From the NCBI RefSeq assembly GCF_000092105.1, contig NC_014148.1:3810001-3842000 (forward strand): a stretch of 32,000 bases of DNA, read 5' to 3'. The DNA is from Planctopirus limnophila DSM 3776 (lineage in GTDB: Bacteria > Planctomycetota > Planctomycetia > Planctomycetales > Planctomycetaceae). Shown here piece after piece: positions 1 through 10,300 of this stretch (position 1 is its first letter; each line of letters starts with the position of its first letter). The notes under the pieces were generated by a model that did not search any database, was not told the origin of the DNA, and saw nothing but the letters and a program-made list of their open reading frames with translations. The translations under genes were made by a program, and so were the position numbers.

Positions 1-1125
1 CAAGGCACCCATCTTTGTGTCATCAAGATTTTCGTCACTATGCCCGCAGATCACAGTGCTGCCAATCACGATGGGCGACGTGTTAATACCTCGTGGCGAA
101 ACATCGTAGTTCCAGAGCTGCTTGCCAGTGCGTGGCTGGAAGCCGTACATGCTTCCATCACCAGCCCCCAGCACCAGTTGCACTTCGCCATCAATCACGG
201 CAAATGTGGGAGTGCTGTAGGTGGTATCTTCCGGTCGAAGCTTGGTCGAAACCAGCCAGACAAGTTCACCATTGCGTTGATCAAACGCCATCAGACGATG
301 GGCGGGTTGAGCGTTTTCACCCCAGTTGATCAGCACACCACCGATAATGACGAGGTGCTCGAACACAATGGGAAAATTAGTACGGCCACCGTAAGTGGTC
401 AGCATGCCATACTCTTCACTCATCGATCGCTGCCAGAGAGTCTTTCCGGTCTCTGCATCGATGGCCTGTAGCAGCCCGCAAACACCCAGAGCAAACACTT
501 TTCCGGTGTGAGGGTCACCCACAACACTCGACCAGCCCACGCGTGTATCGGGAACATCGGATTCAAACACGTTGAAAACGTTTTCCCAGATTTTTTTACC
601 GGTGGCTGCATCGACACAAATGACTTTTTCCGCTTCCTCAGGGGTGGCAGGCTTGTGCCGTACAAGCGTGAAGAGCTTGCCATTCATCACAATCGGAGTC
701 GATCGGCCAGCCAGTTCGTCGTTCTTCCAGAGCACATTTTCCCCATCAGGAGACCACGTGGCTGGCAGATTCTTCGCCCGGGAAATGCCATTCATCTCCG
801 GCCCGCGCCAATGCGGCCAGTCGCCCGCATGAATCACTCCCAGGGGGCTGATGGCAACCTGCCGATTTGGATTGACCTTCGACTCACTAACAGGGGCTGC
901 TTCCTTTTCGGACGCAGCCGGTGTCTCCGCTTGTCCAAAAGAGATTGCCGGGGCCATGCCCAGAACTGGCGCCACCGTAAACAGCAAGGCCCATGTCGAG
1001 CGGGTCAACCATGCGAATCGCGGTCGATGAACCGCTATATTAAGCTTGTGGGTGTGTCGTGCGATCAATCCGGTTGCCCCTTCTGACGGTGATTCATTGA
1101 GTTGATTTCCCAACTGGTCGTGCAT
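1..1125 (-). CDS. PQQ-like beta-propeller repeat protein (BamB-like fold), secreted. The C-terminal part lies beyond the left window edge.
   Basis: This is my own minus-strand translation; the ORF is missing from the track because it runs off the window. A signal-peptide-like RPRFAWLTRSTWALLFTVAPVLGMAPAISFGQA is followed by repeated D-x-x-T/N-G-K/E-x-x-W blades: CVDAATGKKIWEN, AIDAETGKTLWQR, AFDQRNGELVWLV, GFQPRTGKQLWNY. The start is uncertain, with in-frame ATGs at 1125, 1164 and 1179 and a TTG at 1068. The plus-strand ORFs 40..471 and 508..1086 are antisense artefacts. Confidence 0.75.
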   Translation of the reverse strand, partial: MHDQLGNQLNESPSEGATGLIARHTHKLNIAVHRPRFAWLTRSTWALLFTVAPVLGMAPAISFGQAETPAASEKEAAPVSESKVNPNRQVAISPLGVIHAGDWPHWRGPEMNGISRAKNLPATWSPDGENVLWKNDELAGRSTPIVMNGKLFTLVRHKPATPEEAEKVICVDAATGKKIWENVFNVFESDVPDTRVGWSSVVGDPHTGKVFALGVCGLLQAIDAETGKTLWQRSMSEEYGMLTTYGGRTNFPIVFEHLVIIGGVLINWGENAQPAHRLMAFDQRNGELVWLVSTKLRPEDTTYSTPTFAVIDGEVQLVLGAGDGSMYGFQPRTGKQLWNYDVSPRGINTSPIVIGSTVICGHSDENLDDTKMGAL

Positions 1126-1659
1126 GACATACTCCACCAGTCGCCTCAACCTTTCACGATACATGCTAGTGCTGCTCATCAGGTTAACACTTGTTTGTCT
1201 ATCATGATGTGGCCAGAGCACTCCCACAACCATGAGAGTCTTCAGTGTCTTTTTGTCACTGCAATTCGCAACAAACGGTATCTGGATTTCCACTTGGCAA
1301 ACGTGCTGAGCATCCGCATGCCGCTCTGTTACCTGTAAGATCTAGAGCCAAACCTCAGGGCCTCAAACTCGAATCCCAGCCATGCCCAGGACTTGACTGC
1401 CCTGTCTACGAAGAAATCTTCCAAACAATTGGGAAAACATGTCGAAACAATCGATCTGCGGCATCATCGTCAACGGCCAAGTCTCTCCGGTTCACGGCAA
1501 TTCATCGTACAAATGCGGCGTCCCGAGGCTGCAGCAAATCATAAACACTTGTTTTCACAACTAATCGACCATACTGCAAAGCCGACCCTCAGGCAAGCGC
1601 CGAATCGAGACAGGCTCCCAGGCCCTGTGTGTCCGGCGAGCACTCGCCAGCCAGCACCC

Positions 1660-1701
1660 ACACGAAACGAAAACAGCCGAGACTTTTGCCAGGTCTCGGC
1701 T
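1660..1701 (-). terminator. Rho-independent terminator downstream of the FHA-domain gene
   Basis: A perfect 9-bp stem, agccgagac (1675-1683) with gtctcggct (1693-1701), encloses a 9-nt loop. On the minus strand it is followed by the T-rich tract gttttcgtttcg. It lies 30 nt past the stop at 1731. Confidence 0.6.
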
Positions 1702-1730
1702 GCAAATTTCCTTCGATCACAAGCTGGTTG

Positions 1731-2573
1731 CTACGCTGAAGCCCTGAGTGCAGCAGCACTTTCCCCCAGATGATTGAGCAAGCTTTCAATTCTTGCTTCC
1801 AGTTCTCGCTGGGCAGCGCGTGTTCGCTCATCGAGATCCACTCGAAGATCGTGCAGGTCAGATTCTGGATGTCCGACCTCATCGATCCCCGCTGCCAGAT
1901 GAGTCTCAACTGGCAGTTCGTCTGCCATTTCGAGTGCATCGGCCGCTGGCCCACGCTGGGAAGAGAGTGCCGCACGCAAGAGTGCCTGGACACCTTGCGG
2001 AGGCAAGGATCGTGGGGAATCTTCCAGACGCTGGGTCGATGATGTCTCGCCGCTGGTTTTCCAGTTCATCAGTTCGAACAGCTCACGGATTTCCTGTTCG
2101 AGCAATTCTCGAGAAACAGCCGCGTTTTCAACTTGCGTCGCTGGTTCGCGATTGGTCTGCAACCTGACGGACCAGACCTCGCCACCGAACTGCAATCGAT
2201 CACCGTCTCTCAAGGCTCGTCGCTGATAAGGGCGGCCATCAATCATCACGACGGAAGAGAACTCGGTCGCTTCAATCCAGGCAGCTCCACCATCGAGGCG
2301 AATCCTGGCCGCAAAATCAGCCACAGCTGGATCGGGTATTACCAGATCGCAGAACTCGGCTCTGCCAATCACAAACTCATCCTCTTCAATGGCAACTTCA
2401 CGAGTGCCAAGATTCAGGATGATGCGAGAAACCCGGATCGGTTCAACCTGGGGCTGAGCCAGCAGGCTGGTGAGCATGGAATTCATCGAGATAACTCCAA
2501 CGTCCTGTTGGCGGGAATGGCTGATGGCACTGTCGATCAATCGGCCAGTGTAAAGTGACAACTCCTCAGCCAT
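1731..2573 (-). CDS. FHA domain-containing protein with an acidic, probably helical C-terminal tail
   Basis: 280-aa ORF. The FHA-like core is EFVIGRAEFCDLVIPDPAVADFAARIRLDGGAAWIEATEFSSVVMIDGRPYQRRALRDGDRLQFGGEVWSV. The C-terminal half is Glu/Leu/Arg-rich. The true start could be internal, for example at M30. Confidence 0.75.
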   Translation of the reverse strand: MAEELSLYTGRLIDSAISHSRQQDVGVISMNSMLTSLLAQPQVEPIRVSRIILNLGTREVAIEEDEFVIGRAEFCDLVIPDPAVADFAARIRLDGGAAWIEATEFSSVVMIDGRPYQRRALRDGDRLQFGGEVWSVRLQTNREPATQVENAAVSRELLEQEIRELFELMNWKTSGETSSTQRLEDSPRSLPPQGVQALLRAALSSQRGPAADALEMADELPVETHLAAGIDEVGHPESDLHDLRVDLDERTRAAQRELEARIESLLNHLGESAAALRASA

Positions 2574-2975
2574 TCAGAAAATCGGTTCGCCATCGCACCA
2601 GACTCCATGCCCGTCTCAGACAAATCGTGGGGAGCACCTGCAAAATTTGCCGCTCGATCCCTGCTGTTGGTAAGTTTATCCGGCTGCGCAGACTCGGCAG
2701 GCACAAACCACGGCTCTTTTGACACCTTCAGGCAAACTACAGAGAATTTCCGGGATAGGTGGTGCGATCCTGCAGTCTTACTCTCAAATCTTTTTGTAGC
2801 TCATGAAACCATCACGAAAGCTCCAGACCGTCACTCTCCAGACGACTTCTGTGCAGTACGCAGGAGCCTCTTTGAAAATCGTTCAGAAATGTGCAAATTT
2901 TTTGAGGGGAATCAAAACTTCATCCTTCACTCACTTCGACTTGGTGAGCAGCCTGCCTAGAATCTGACAGTTGCT

Positions 2976-3809
2976 ATGAAAGTGAACGGGCTTTCCGATT
3001 CTGAAGACAGGTGTGGCATGCTGGCTCGACGAGAACTTTTTCCAAATATCCTCGAAATGAACTACCAGTTCCGACAGCGTATGGGCTGCTCGGTCTATGT
3101 CGTTCACGATGCCGGCGAATGGGCTTTGATTGATATTGGTTTTGAAGACAGCACTGACGAAATCATCGACGCCATCCGCCAGATGGATTTTGCCCTGTCT
3201 CAGTGCCGCTATTTGATCTGCACCCATGCGGATGTCGATCACATCCAGGGAATGAAGCGAGCGAAAGAACTCATGCCTCAAGCCCGGCTGGTGGCTCATC
3301 CCCATGCCCGGCTACTGATGGAAAAAGCGGATCGAATCGAAACGTACGCCGAAATCAGCGCCCAGGGAATTTCCATCGATTTGAGCCCCATCCCTGTGGA
3401 TGAATCGATCGATGAAGGGGATCTCCTCACTGTGGGGAACTTGAAACTCAAAGTCTGGAGTACCCCAGGCCACGCCAATGGCCAGCTCGCTTTTGAAATG
3501 GGCCCCTACCTCTTTTCAGGCGACAACATTTACCGCGACGGTGGTGTCGGCAATATCGATGCCCACCATGGTTCCGACCTCGTGGAATTCATCAAATCGC
3601 TCGAACGTATTCGCGATTCGAAGATCGAATGGCTCCTCCCCAGCCACGGCCCGGTCTTCAGAAAGCAGCCAGCCCACATTCAGAAGACGATTGACCGCCT
3701 GAAATCTTACCTCAACCTCGCCGACTTCGGCACCTGCGCCACAGGCTGGCCACTCCTCCAGGAGTGGGAAGAAGAACTCATCCACGGCTTCGACCCCACC
3801 CAGGCATAA
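2976..3809 (+). CDS. MBL-fold metallo-hydrolase
   Basis: 277-aa ORF. It has a metallo-beta-lactamase motif-2 variant, [11 protein letters not shown] (HxHxDH-type). Later His and Asp ligands are [16 protein letters not shown] and LLPSHGP. Confidence 0.85.
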   Translation: MKVNGLSDSEDRCGMLARRELFPNILEMNYQFRQRMGCSVYVVHDAGEWALIDIGFEDSTDEIIDAIRQMDFALSQCRYLICTHADVDHIQGMKRAKELMPQARLVAHPHARLLMEKADRIETYAEISAQGISIDLSPIPVDESIDEGDLLTVGNLKLKVWSTPGHANGQLAFEMGPYLFSGDNIYRDGGVGNIDAHHGSDLVEFIKSLERIRDSKIEWLLPSHGPVFRKQPAHIQKTIDRLKSYLNLADFGTCATGWPLLQEWEEELIHGFDPTQA

Positions 3810-3843
3810 GTCATTTTAAAAATTGTAATGTAAAATCGTGTGC

Positions 3844-3865
3844 CACTGCTGGCTCGCCAGCAGTG
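3844..3865 (+). terminator. Stem-loop 35 nt after the MBL hydrolase stop; a possible weak terminator
   Basis: A perfect 9-bp stem, cactgctgg (3844-3852) with ccagcagtg (3857-3865), has a 4-nt loop. No T-run follows, so terminator function is uncertain. Confidence 0.3.
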
Positions 3866-4153
3866 CTCCTGCCGACCGGCCCACGAAGCCCACGAAGTCG
3901 CCGCCACTTCCTGTTGAAAACCTTCCCACCTTCGCGAAAGAAAAACCTCTCCCGAACAGGAACTTCATACAGCACTCACGCGAGGCGCGAAGTTTGCGAA
4001 GAAAATCAATAGATCACCAATCGTAGAACGGACAATCGATTCAGTTGTATGGTCGCGCCGAGCATTTCCAGTCTCGTTTCATTTGAAGCAAACTAGCCAG
4101 TATCTCGATGTTGATCTCCCACCCCACTTCTCAAACGGCGGCTATGAAACAAC

Positions 4154-4936
4154 TCAAGGTGCTGCCTGCTCGAATGCCGAGACTCTAACAAACTTATACC
4201 GATATGTGACTGTCTCGATATCGTTTGTCTTTTGGCTGGATATCGAGCGGCTAATCAGCATATACTTATCGTCTGGAAGCACTAGCTCTGCCGTGGTTTT
4301 ATCTGTACCCAGAAGCAGACTCCATCGCGGTTCGTTATGGTCATCCTCAGGGTGTAGACGAAACGGCTCACCTTGAAGATGGGATGTACTGACAAGAAGA
4401 TCCGCTCTAACTTTGCCCATCTCGATCGCCGTCAACTTGACCCTGTAAGTCTCGCCTACAAATTGCCAGATGTGACTATCTTCCTCCTCGTCGAGTCGAC
4501 GTCGATGGATCGTCCCCTCATTGTCCACCCTCGCAAAATGCCCACTACTCTCGTGGCAATGAACTCCTTTGCTGGTTACTAATCTGGAATGCCTATAAAG
4601 CAGTATACTTGACGAACCGCGCAAGGTATCGATTTGGCCGACCATGTCATCAGGAAGTTCCCCCTTCAAATCGCAGTTGGTATCCACGCATAAAAAATCG
4701 ACTGTATAAAGCGACCCTTTTGCCGATGGGTGCCAAGGTAAGAACTCAGGTTTATCAGAACTGTAGACCAGCCTGACACTGTCATATCTCAGTATGTCTG
4801 ATTTTGCTGGAACTGGAAGTTCGGCCGCTTGCGATTCCGCGATCCAGTAACCAATCGTGAACAAGAAGATCAAGCGACATGCAACTCTGGTAGTCAACCT
4901 CCTATCTGTCGCCTGATTCATACGCAGTTTTCCCAA
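4154..4936 (-). CDS. Hypothetical secreted or membrane-anchored protein (orphan)
   Basis: 260-aa ORF. The N-terminus has a basic stretch followed by a hydrophobic segment, RRLTTRVACRLIFLFTIGYWIAESQAAE. I recognise no family motif. The gene looks visibly AT-richer than its neighbours and has AT-rich flanks. Confidence 0.6.
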   Translation of the reverse strand: MGKLRMNQATDRRLTTRVACRLIFLFTIGYWIAESQAAELPVPAKSDILRYDSVRLVYSSDKPEFLPWHPSAKGSLYTVDFLCVDTNCDLKGELPDDMVGQIDTLRGSSSILLYRHSRLVTSKGVHCHESSGHFARVDNEGTIHRRRLDEEEDSHIWQFVGETYRVKLTAIEMGKVRADLLVSTSHLQGEPFRLHPEDDHNEPRWSLLLGTDKTTAELVLPDDKYMLISRSISSQKTNDIETVTYRYKFVRVSAFEQAAP

Positions 4937-5062
4937 TTAAAAGTGGTTAGGACGTTATACGAAAGAGTTTCACCTTCACCACAAGTGAGAATCAATCGAA
5001 CAATACTTCTATTTCAGAATGGCAAAACAAATCTTCGACGAATCGATGAATATCTCTGCAAA

Positions 5063-6589
5063 TCACGCCAGAATCTCGCGGATCACATTCCCTTCCACGT
5101 CTGTCAGCCGGAAGTCGCGGCCTTGGGAGCGGTAGGTGAGCCGCTCGTGATTAATGCCTAACAAGTGCAGTATCGTCGCGTTGAGATCATGGATATGCAT
5201 CTTCTGATTCTCACTCACGATGTTATAGCTGAAGTCGTCGGTCTCGCCGTAGACGGTGCCGGGCTTCATACCGCCACCGGCGAACCACATCGTAAAGCAG
5301 CGCGGATGATGATCGCGACCGTAGTTTTCTTTAGTCAATGTCCCCTGGCTATAGATCGTGCGGCCAAATTCGCCACCCCACACCACCAACGTATCATCCA
5401 GCATCCCTCGCTGCTTCAGATCTTTAATCAAGGCCGCACAAGGTTGATCCGCCGATTTCACCAGCTGACGGATCTGCCCCGGCAATCCCCCATGATGATC
5501 CCAGCCCCGCAGGAAGATCTGCGTAAATCGCACGCCACGTTCTGCCAATCGACGTGCGAGCAGGCAGTTATAGGCAAAGGTGCCGGGCTCATTCACTTCG
5601 GGCCCATACATCTCGAGCGTTTCTTTCGATTCATCCTTCAAATCGACAAGATCCGGAACCGAGGTCTGCATCCGGAAGGCCATTTCGTACTGGGCAATAC
5701 GGGCTGCAATTTCCGGATCTCCCATTTCCTGCAGATGCTGCTGATTGAGTTCCGCCAATCCATCGAGCATCGTGCGTCGAGATTGCGAACTGACACCTTT
5801 CGGATTGGATAAGTAGAGCACTGGGTCACCACTCGAACGCAAGGCGACTCCCTGATGTTTCGTGGGCAAAAATCCGGAACCCCATAGCCGCGAGAAGAGG
5901 GCCTGCGTCTGAGCACCGGCAGCAATCTTCGAGTGCAGCACGACGAATGCCGGTAAATCCTGATTCGGACTCCCAATTCCATAAGAGAGCCATGCCCCCA
6001 GACTCGGTCGCCCGGGAAGTTCGCTCCCGGTCTGGATAAATGTAATCGCGGGATCATGGTTGATCGCTTCGGTGTACATCGTTTTGACAATCGTTAAATC
6101 GTCAACAACGCCTGCCAGATGTGGCAGTAACTCGCTGATATAGGTTCCGTTCTGCCCATACTGATTGAACTTGAATACCGAAGGCGCAATCGGAAACCGC
6201 GATTGTCCCGAGGTCATCGTCGTAATGCGCTGACCGTTACGAATAGACTCGGGAAGATCTTTATCAAACCAGTCCACCATCTTGGGCTTGTAGTCGAACA
6301 GATCGAGTTGAGAAGGGCCATCGGCCATAAAGAGCCAGATCACCCGTTTGGCCTTTGGCGCATGATGCAGCCCTGGTAATGCCCCCAGCGATGAAAGATC
6401 AGGCGGAACTGTACTACTGACCTCAGGATTCGCAGCCAGTGCCGGCATACCGGAAAACAACTGCGGATTCAGCAGCGAAGCCAAAGCCGCCCCACCGAGC
6501 CCGGCCGCAGATCGCTGGAAAAAGTACCGACGAACCATCTGCTGCCGAAGCTGTTCATAAACCATATTCTGAAGCGACATAATGGCCAT
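5063..6589 (-). CDS. DUF1501 domain-containing protein (sulfatase/alkaline-phosphatase-like fold) with a Tat-type signal
   Basis: 508-aa ORF. It has a twin-arginine-like N-terminus, [22 protein letters not shown]. The body is typical of planctomycete DUF1501 proteins: [36 protein letters not shown]. Confidence 0.85.
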   Translation of the reverse strand: MAIMSLQNMVYEQLRQQMVRRYFFQRSAAGLGGAALASLLNPQLFSGMPALAANPEVSSTVPPDLSSLGALPGLHHAPKAKRVIWLFMADGPSQLDLFDYKPKMVDWFDKDLPESIRNGQRITTMTSGQSRFPIAPSVFKFNQYGQNGTYISELLPHLAGVVDDLTIVKTMYTEAINHDPAITFIQTGSELPGRPSLGAWLSYGIGSPNQDLPAFVVLHSKIAAGAQTQALFSRLWGSGFLPTKHQGVALRSSGDPVLYLSNPKGVSSQSRRTMLDGLAELNQQHLQEMGDPEIAARIAQYEMAFRMQTSVPDLVDLKDESKETLEMYGPEVNEPGTFAYNCLLARRLAERGVRFTQIFLRGWDHHGGLPGQIRQLVKSADQPCAALIKDLKQRGMLDDTLVVWGGEFGRTIYSQGTLTKENYGRDHHPRCFTMWFAGGGMKPGTVYGETDDFSYNIVSENQKMHIHDLNATILHLLGINHERLTYRSQGRDFRLTDVEGNVIREILA

Positions 6590-6648
6590 CCAAAGGAAGA
6601 TTTATTCGAAAGATTCATTTGATGATATTCAGGACAGATTGAACTCAA

Positions 6649-7239
6649 TCAACCGTGGGGATCATCAATCAGTAATTGCAATCTATTGCCAAGTTCTGGT
6701 TGAAATCGATTCGGCCAGGTCGCGTCAACGAGCCCGACATCGAGCATGTCCCGAAGGTGCGTCCGATCCTTATCACGAAATGATGTGAGTTTCATTCGGA
6801 CAAGAGCTTCAAGCGAAATCACACGATAGTTTGCCCCGGCTTCTGATTCATCAACGTCGGGTGCAGCGGTAACGTATTCCTCTCGCACCTTTTCATTAGC
6901 CTTTACGATATGTATCGCATCTCGAAACTTACCATCAGCTCCATCTGTAAAGAAATCAATACCAGCTGCATGACGGTGAATAAAACCGGCTTTTCTCAGC
7001 GCCTCTGTGGCAGCCGGTATATCGCTCCTCCTAAACAATAGATCCACATCAGCGGTGAATCGTACCGCCGCTTCATCAACGCGAGAAACCCAGTTCGCGA
7101 CAGCATTGCCTCCCACAACTGCGTAAGGAACACGCGCACATTCAAGGGCTGCTGTGGCACGAAGAAGACGTTCTTGAATCTTGTTAATTGCCATCTCGAT
7201 CCGTCCCAAGTCAAATGGTTGTAGAGGAACCGTTGACAT
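6649..7239 (-). CDS. Nucleotidyltransferase-fold protein (minimal NTase, DUF2204/AbiEii-like class)
   Basis: 196-aa ORF. The NTase signature is VPYAVVGGNAVANWVSRVDEAAVRFTADVDLLF (GG-x17-D-x-D). A C-terminal helix, LVRMKLTSFRDKDRTHLRDML, is typical of this class. GGAG lies 8 nt upstream of the ATG (ggagtcaaatagATG). Confidence 0.7.
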   Translation of the reverse strand: MSTVPLQPFDLGRIEMAINKIQERLLRATAALECARVPYAVVGGNAVANWVSRVDEAAVRFTADVDLLFRRSDIPAATEALRKAGFIHRHAAGIDFFTDGADGKFRDAIHIVKANEKVREEYVTAAPDVDESEAGANYRVISLEALVRMKLTSFRDKDRTHLRDMLDVGLVDATWPNRFQPELGNRLQLLIDDPHG

Positions 7240-7302
7240 CTATTTGACTCCATAAGGACAGGCAATTTCGAAAAATACGCTTGAACTAAATACTCTCAGC
7301 AA

Positions 7303-10300
7303 CTACTCCTTCGTAATCGCCGCATCGAGATTCAGCATCAGATTGGCCACCATGGTATAAGCCGCCAGCTCCGGTGCTTCCATCTGACCAGGTTTTGGAA
7401 GTGTGCCGACATTCAGCAGTTCCTCAGCTGCCTTACTATCCGCACGATAAATTTCCAGTTGTTTTTCCAGAACTCGCTCAAGGACTGCCAACTCATCGGC
7501 TTTCGCATTGCGACTCAATACGCGAAGGCAGGCAAAGTTCAGCCTTTCGGCGGCAGTCTCGCCCCCTTGACTGATCATCTGCCCTGCCAGATGCCTAGCT
7601 GCTTCGACATACTGATCATCATTCATCAGCGCCAACGCCTGGAGGGGTGTATTCGTCCTCGCCCTGCGGACTGTGCAGGTCTCGCGGGATGGAGCATCGA
7701 ATGTCGTCATCGATGGTGGTGGAGCTGTCCGCTTCCAGAAGGTATAGAGGCTGCGACGAAAGAGCGCCTCTCCCTGATCGCGGGTATATGTCCGCGTGTT
7801 ACTACTTTGAAATGCGACTGGCTCCCAGATTCCCGAGGGCTGATAAGGCCGCACACTTTTGCCGCCCTTTCGTTCCACGAGCAATCCCGAGGTAAACAGC
7901 ACGCTGTCGCGGATGGTTTCTGCATCCAGCCGGAAACGTGGACCACGGCCCAATAACAGATTCTCAGGGTCTTTCGCATAAAGCGCCGGAGTGACTTTGG
8001 AGGACTGCCGATAAGCCTGGGACATCACGATCAGCTTCAAGAATTTCTTGTGATCCCAGCCAGACTCTATGAACTCGGAGGCCAGCCAGTCGAGCAGTTC
8101 GGGATGCGTCGGCCATTCAGCTTGTGATCCGAAATCGTTGCTCGATTTCACAATCCCGATACCGAAAATCTGTTGCCAGATCCGGTTCACCGTCACTCGC
8201 GAAGTGAGTGGGTGTTCTCGCGAAACCAGCCACTTGGCCAGCCCCAGCCGATTGCGTGGCAAGTCTTCGGGCATGGATGGCAATGCTGCTGGTGTCGCCC
8301 GGGAGACCTTCTCGCCCGGTTTATCATAAGCCCCCCGAATCAGCACAAAAGCCTCACGTGGCTGTGCCATATCTTCACTCACGAGCGTGGCTGGGATCTG
8401 TTTTTCGACAGCATCGATTTCGCTTTGGAGCTTGGCAATCTGCCCATTCAGCGGCTCAAAGAGCTGGCGAGTCTCCGGATGCACATACTCGACAAAGTAC
8501 TCGACAATCTGTTTCTGCTGATTAGCATTCCGCTTGTCAGATTCGATCTTGATCAGCTTGGCGATATTGTCCGGAAGTGCGGGCTTCTTCTGTTGTTTCT
8601 GATAGTTTTCCCATGCCAATAGCGAATTAAACGATTCACCGTTCTGAAGTGTCAACGTGCGAATGCCGGCTTTATCCCAATAAACAGTTCCACCGAACTG
8701 CGTAAAGGCCCAGCCATTCAGCTTTGCACCCGAAGCCAGGCCCACATGCTGGGCATTGACAGAAATTCGTGTCCATTGTCCGACGGGTGGCAAGGGCCCA
8801 CCGTGTCGATGGCCCACAGTTCCTGCCTTGCCATAAGGGATCGCATCTTCGCCAAAGTAAACGCGATGCTCCCATGTGCCGTCATTGAACTGGAGCATGA
8901 TCGTTTTTGGCGGATTGGCAGGATCGAGATAGACATACGCAAAGAGCTCGTCTCCTTCACCAATCGCAAGTGGGGAAGTCGCCCCGGTAAAGAAATGTTG
9001 ATCCAGCCCCTCGGAGGTACGCGTTGATGCCAGATTTCCAGCGAGAACCGGGCCCTCAGCAGCCGAAATAAACTTCCACGACCCCGTGTTCGACTGGGGC
9101 TGGGCACCTGGCGGGAGAACATCATCGATCCAGATGTAGTCCCTGCGGGTCACAGTTAATGCATCAGCCGGGGCATCGAGCGAGGGCTCGACATAAGGAG
9201 TCTCCTTGCGCTTCTGCGCCAGTTGCTGTTTTAAGGTCGCGATTTCTTTGTTGAGCTCCGCCATTCGAGCCTCTTGATCTGCCGTCGGCAATTTGAGCAC
9301 AGGTGGTGGAAGCAACGCATTTCCATCCATGGCCCGATCACTCAAGCTGTTGAAGAAGGCATAGAGTGAGTAAAACTCCTTCTGGGAAATCGGGTCGAAT
9401 TTATGGTCATGGCACGAAGCACATGTCAGTGTCAGACCCATCCAAACAGTCCCGACGGCATCCGTACGATCAATGGCGTAACGGACATACCATTCGGCGT
9501 CGATCGCCCCCCCTTCACTCGTCGTCACATTGCAGCGATTAAACCCCGTCGCTACCCGCTGATCGAGCGTCGGTGCTGGCAAAAGATCTCCCGCCAGCTG
9601 ATCAATCGTAAACTGATCAAACGGCAGATTATTGTTGTAGGCATTGATGACCCACTCGCGATAAGGCCAGAGCGAACGTTCGTTATCCAGATGCAGACCA
9701 TGCGTATCCCCATAGCGGGCGGCATCCAGCCAGTAGCGGGCCATGTGCTCTCCATAACGCGGCGAAGCCAGCAGCCGGTCGACCACTTTGCTATAGGCAT
9801 CTGGCGCAGGATCCGTCACAAAAGCCTCGACCTCAGCCGGTGTGGGAGGCAAACCCGTCAGGTCGAACGTGACCCGCCTGATGAGCGTCACCCGATCAGC
9901 ATCATCGGCTAAGCCCAAACCCTCTTTTTCGAGACGGGCCTGTAGAAACTGATCAATCGGAGTACGCACTCGACTGTCATTTTTGACAGCGGGAACAGCA
10001 GGCCTTTGAATCGGCAGGAACGACCAGTGTGATTCATATTCCGCACCTTCACTCACCCAGCGCTTGAGTGTCGCCAGTTGTTCGGGAGTCACTGTTTTGC
10101 CACTCTCAGGCGGTGGCATTTTCAGATCGGGATCATCTGAGAGGATCCGCGAGATGATCTCGCTGGCAGCGTGATCGCCCGGGACAATCGGCTGCACTCC
10201 GGAAGCAGTTTGCGCGACAGCCGCTGCCCGCTGATCCAGCCTCAGCCCGGCTTCCCGCTTCGCACTGTCCGGGCCATGACATTGAAAACAACTGTTCGAC

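Noticed and set aside
40-1086. Plus-strand ORFs 40..471, 93..329, 508..1086 and 572..832 from the track
   Set aside because: They lie antisense to a much better minus-strand reading frame with clear PQQ-propeller repeats and a signal peptide. Their translations are low-complexity, Arg/Cys/His-rich and carry no motifs.
1126-1659. About 530 nt with no listed gene between the propeller gene and the FHA terminator; several short plus-strand ORFs (1102..1338, 1245..1544, 1393..1773)
   Set aside because: The minus-strand frame of the propeller gene stays open upstream to a TAG near 1346, which explains the apparent open frame. The plus-strand ORF products are Arg/Ser/Cys-rich and motif-free. I found no tRNA-like or other structured-RNA signature, so I treat this as a 5' leader/promoter region.
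5165-5812. Long antisense ORFs opposite well-supported genes: 5165..5812, 12572..13093, 22427..23086, 25982..26701, 27780..28352 and 30324..31226
   Set aside because: Each lies fully inside and antisense to a gene with strong family motifs. The products are Arg/Gly/His-rich without recognisable domains. Such shadow ORFs are expected at this GC content.
6649-6800. A possible HEPN-type R-x5-H motif (RDKDRTH) in the C-terminus of the NTase, which would make it a fused MNT-HEPN protein
   Set aside because: The segment fits the ordinary C-terminal R-x-KD-x-x-[DH]-L helix of minimal NTases. At about 40 residues the region is too short for a HEPN four-helix domain.
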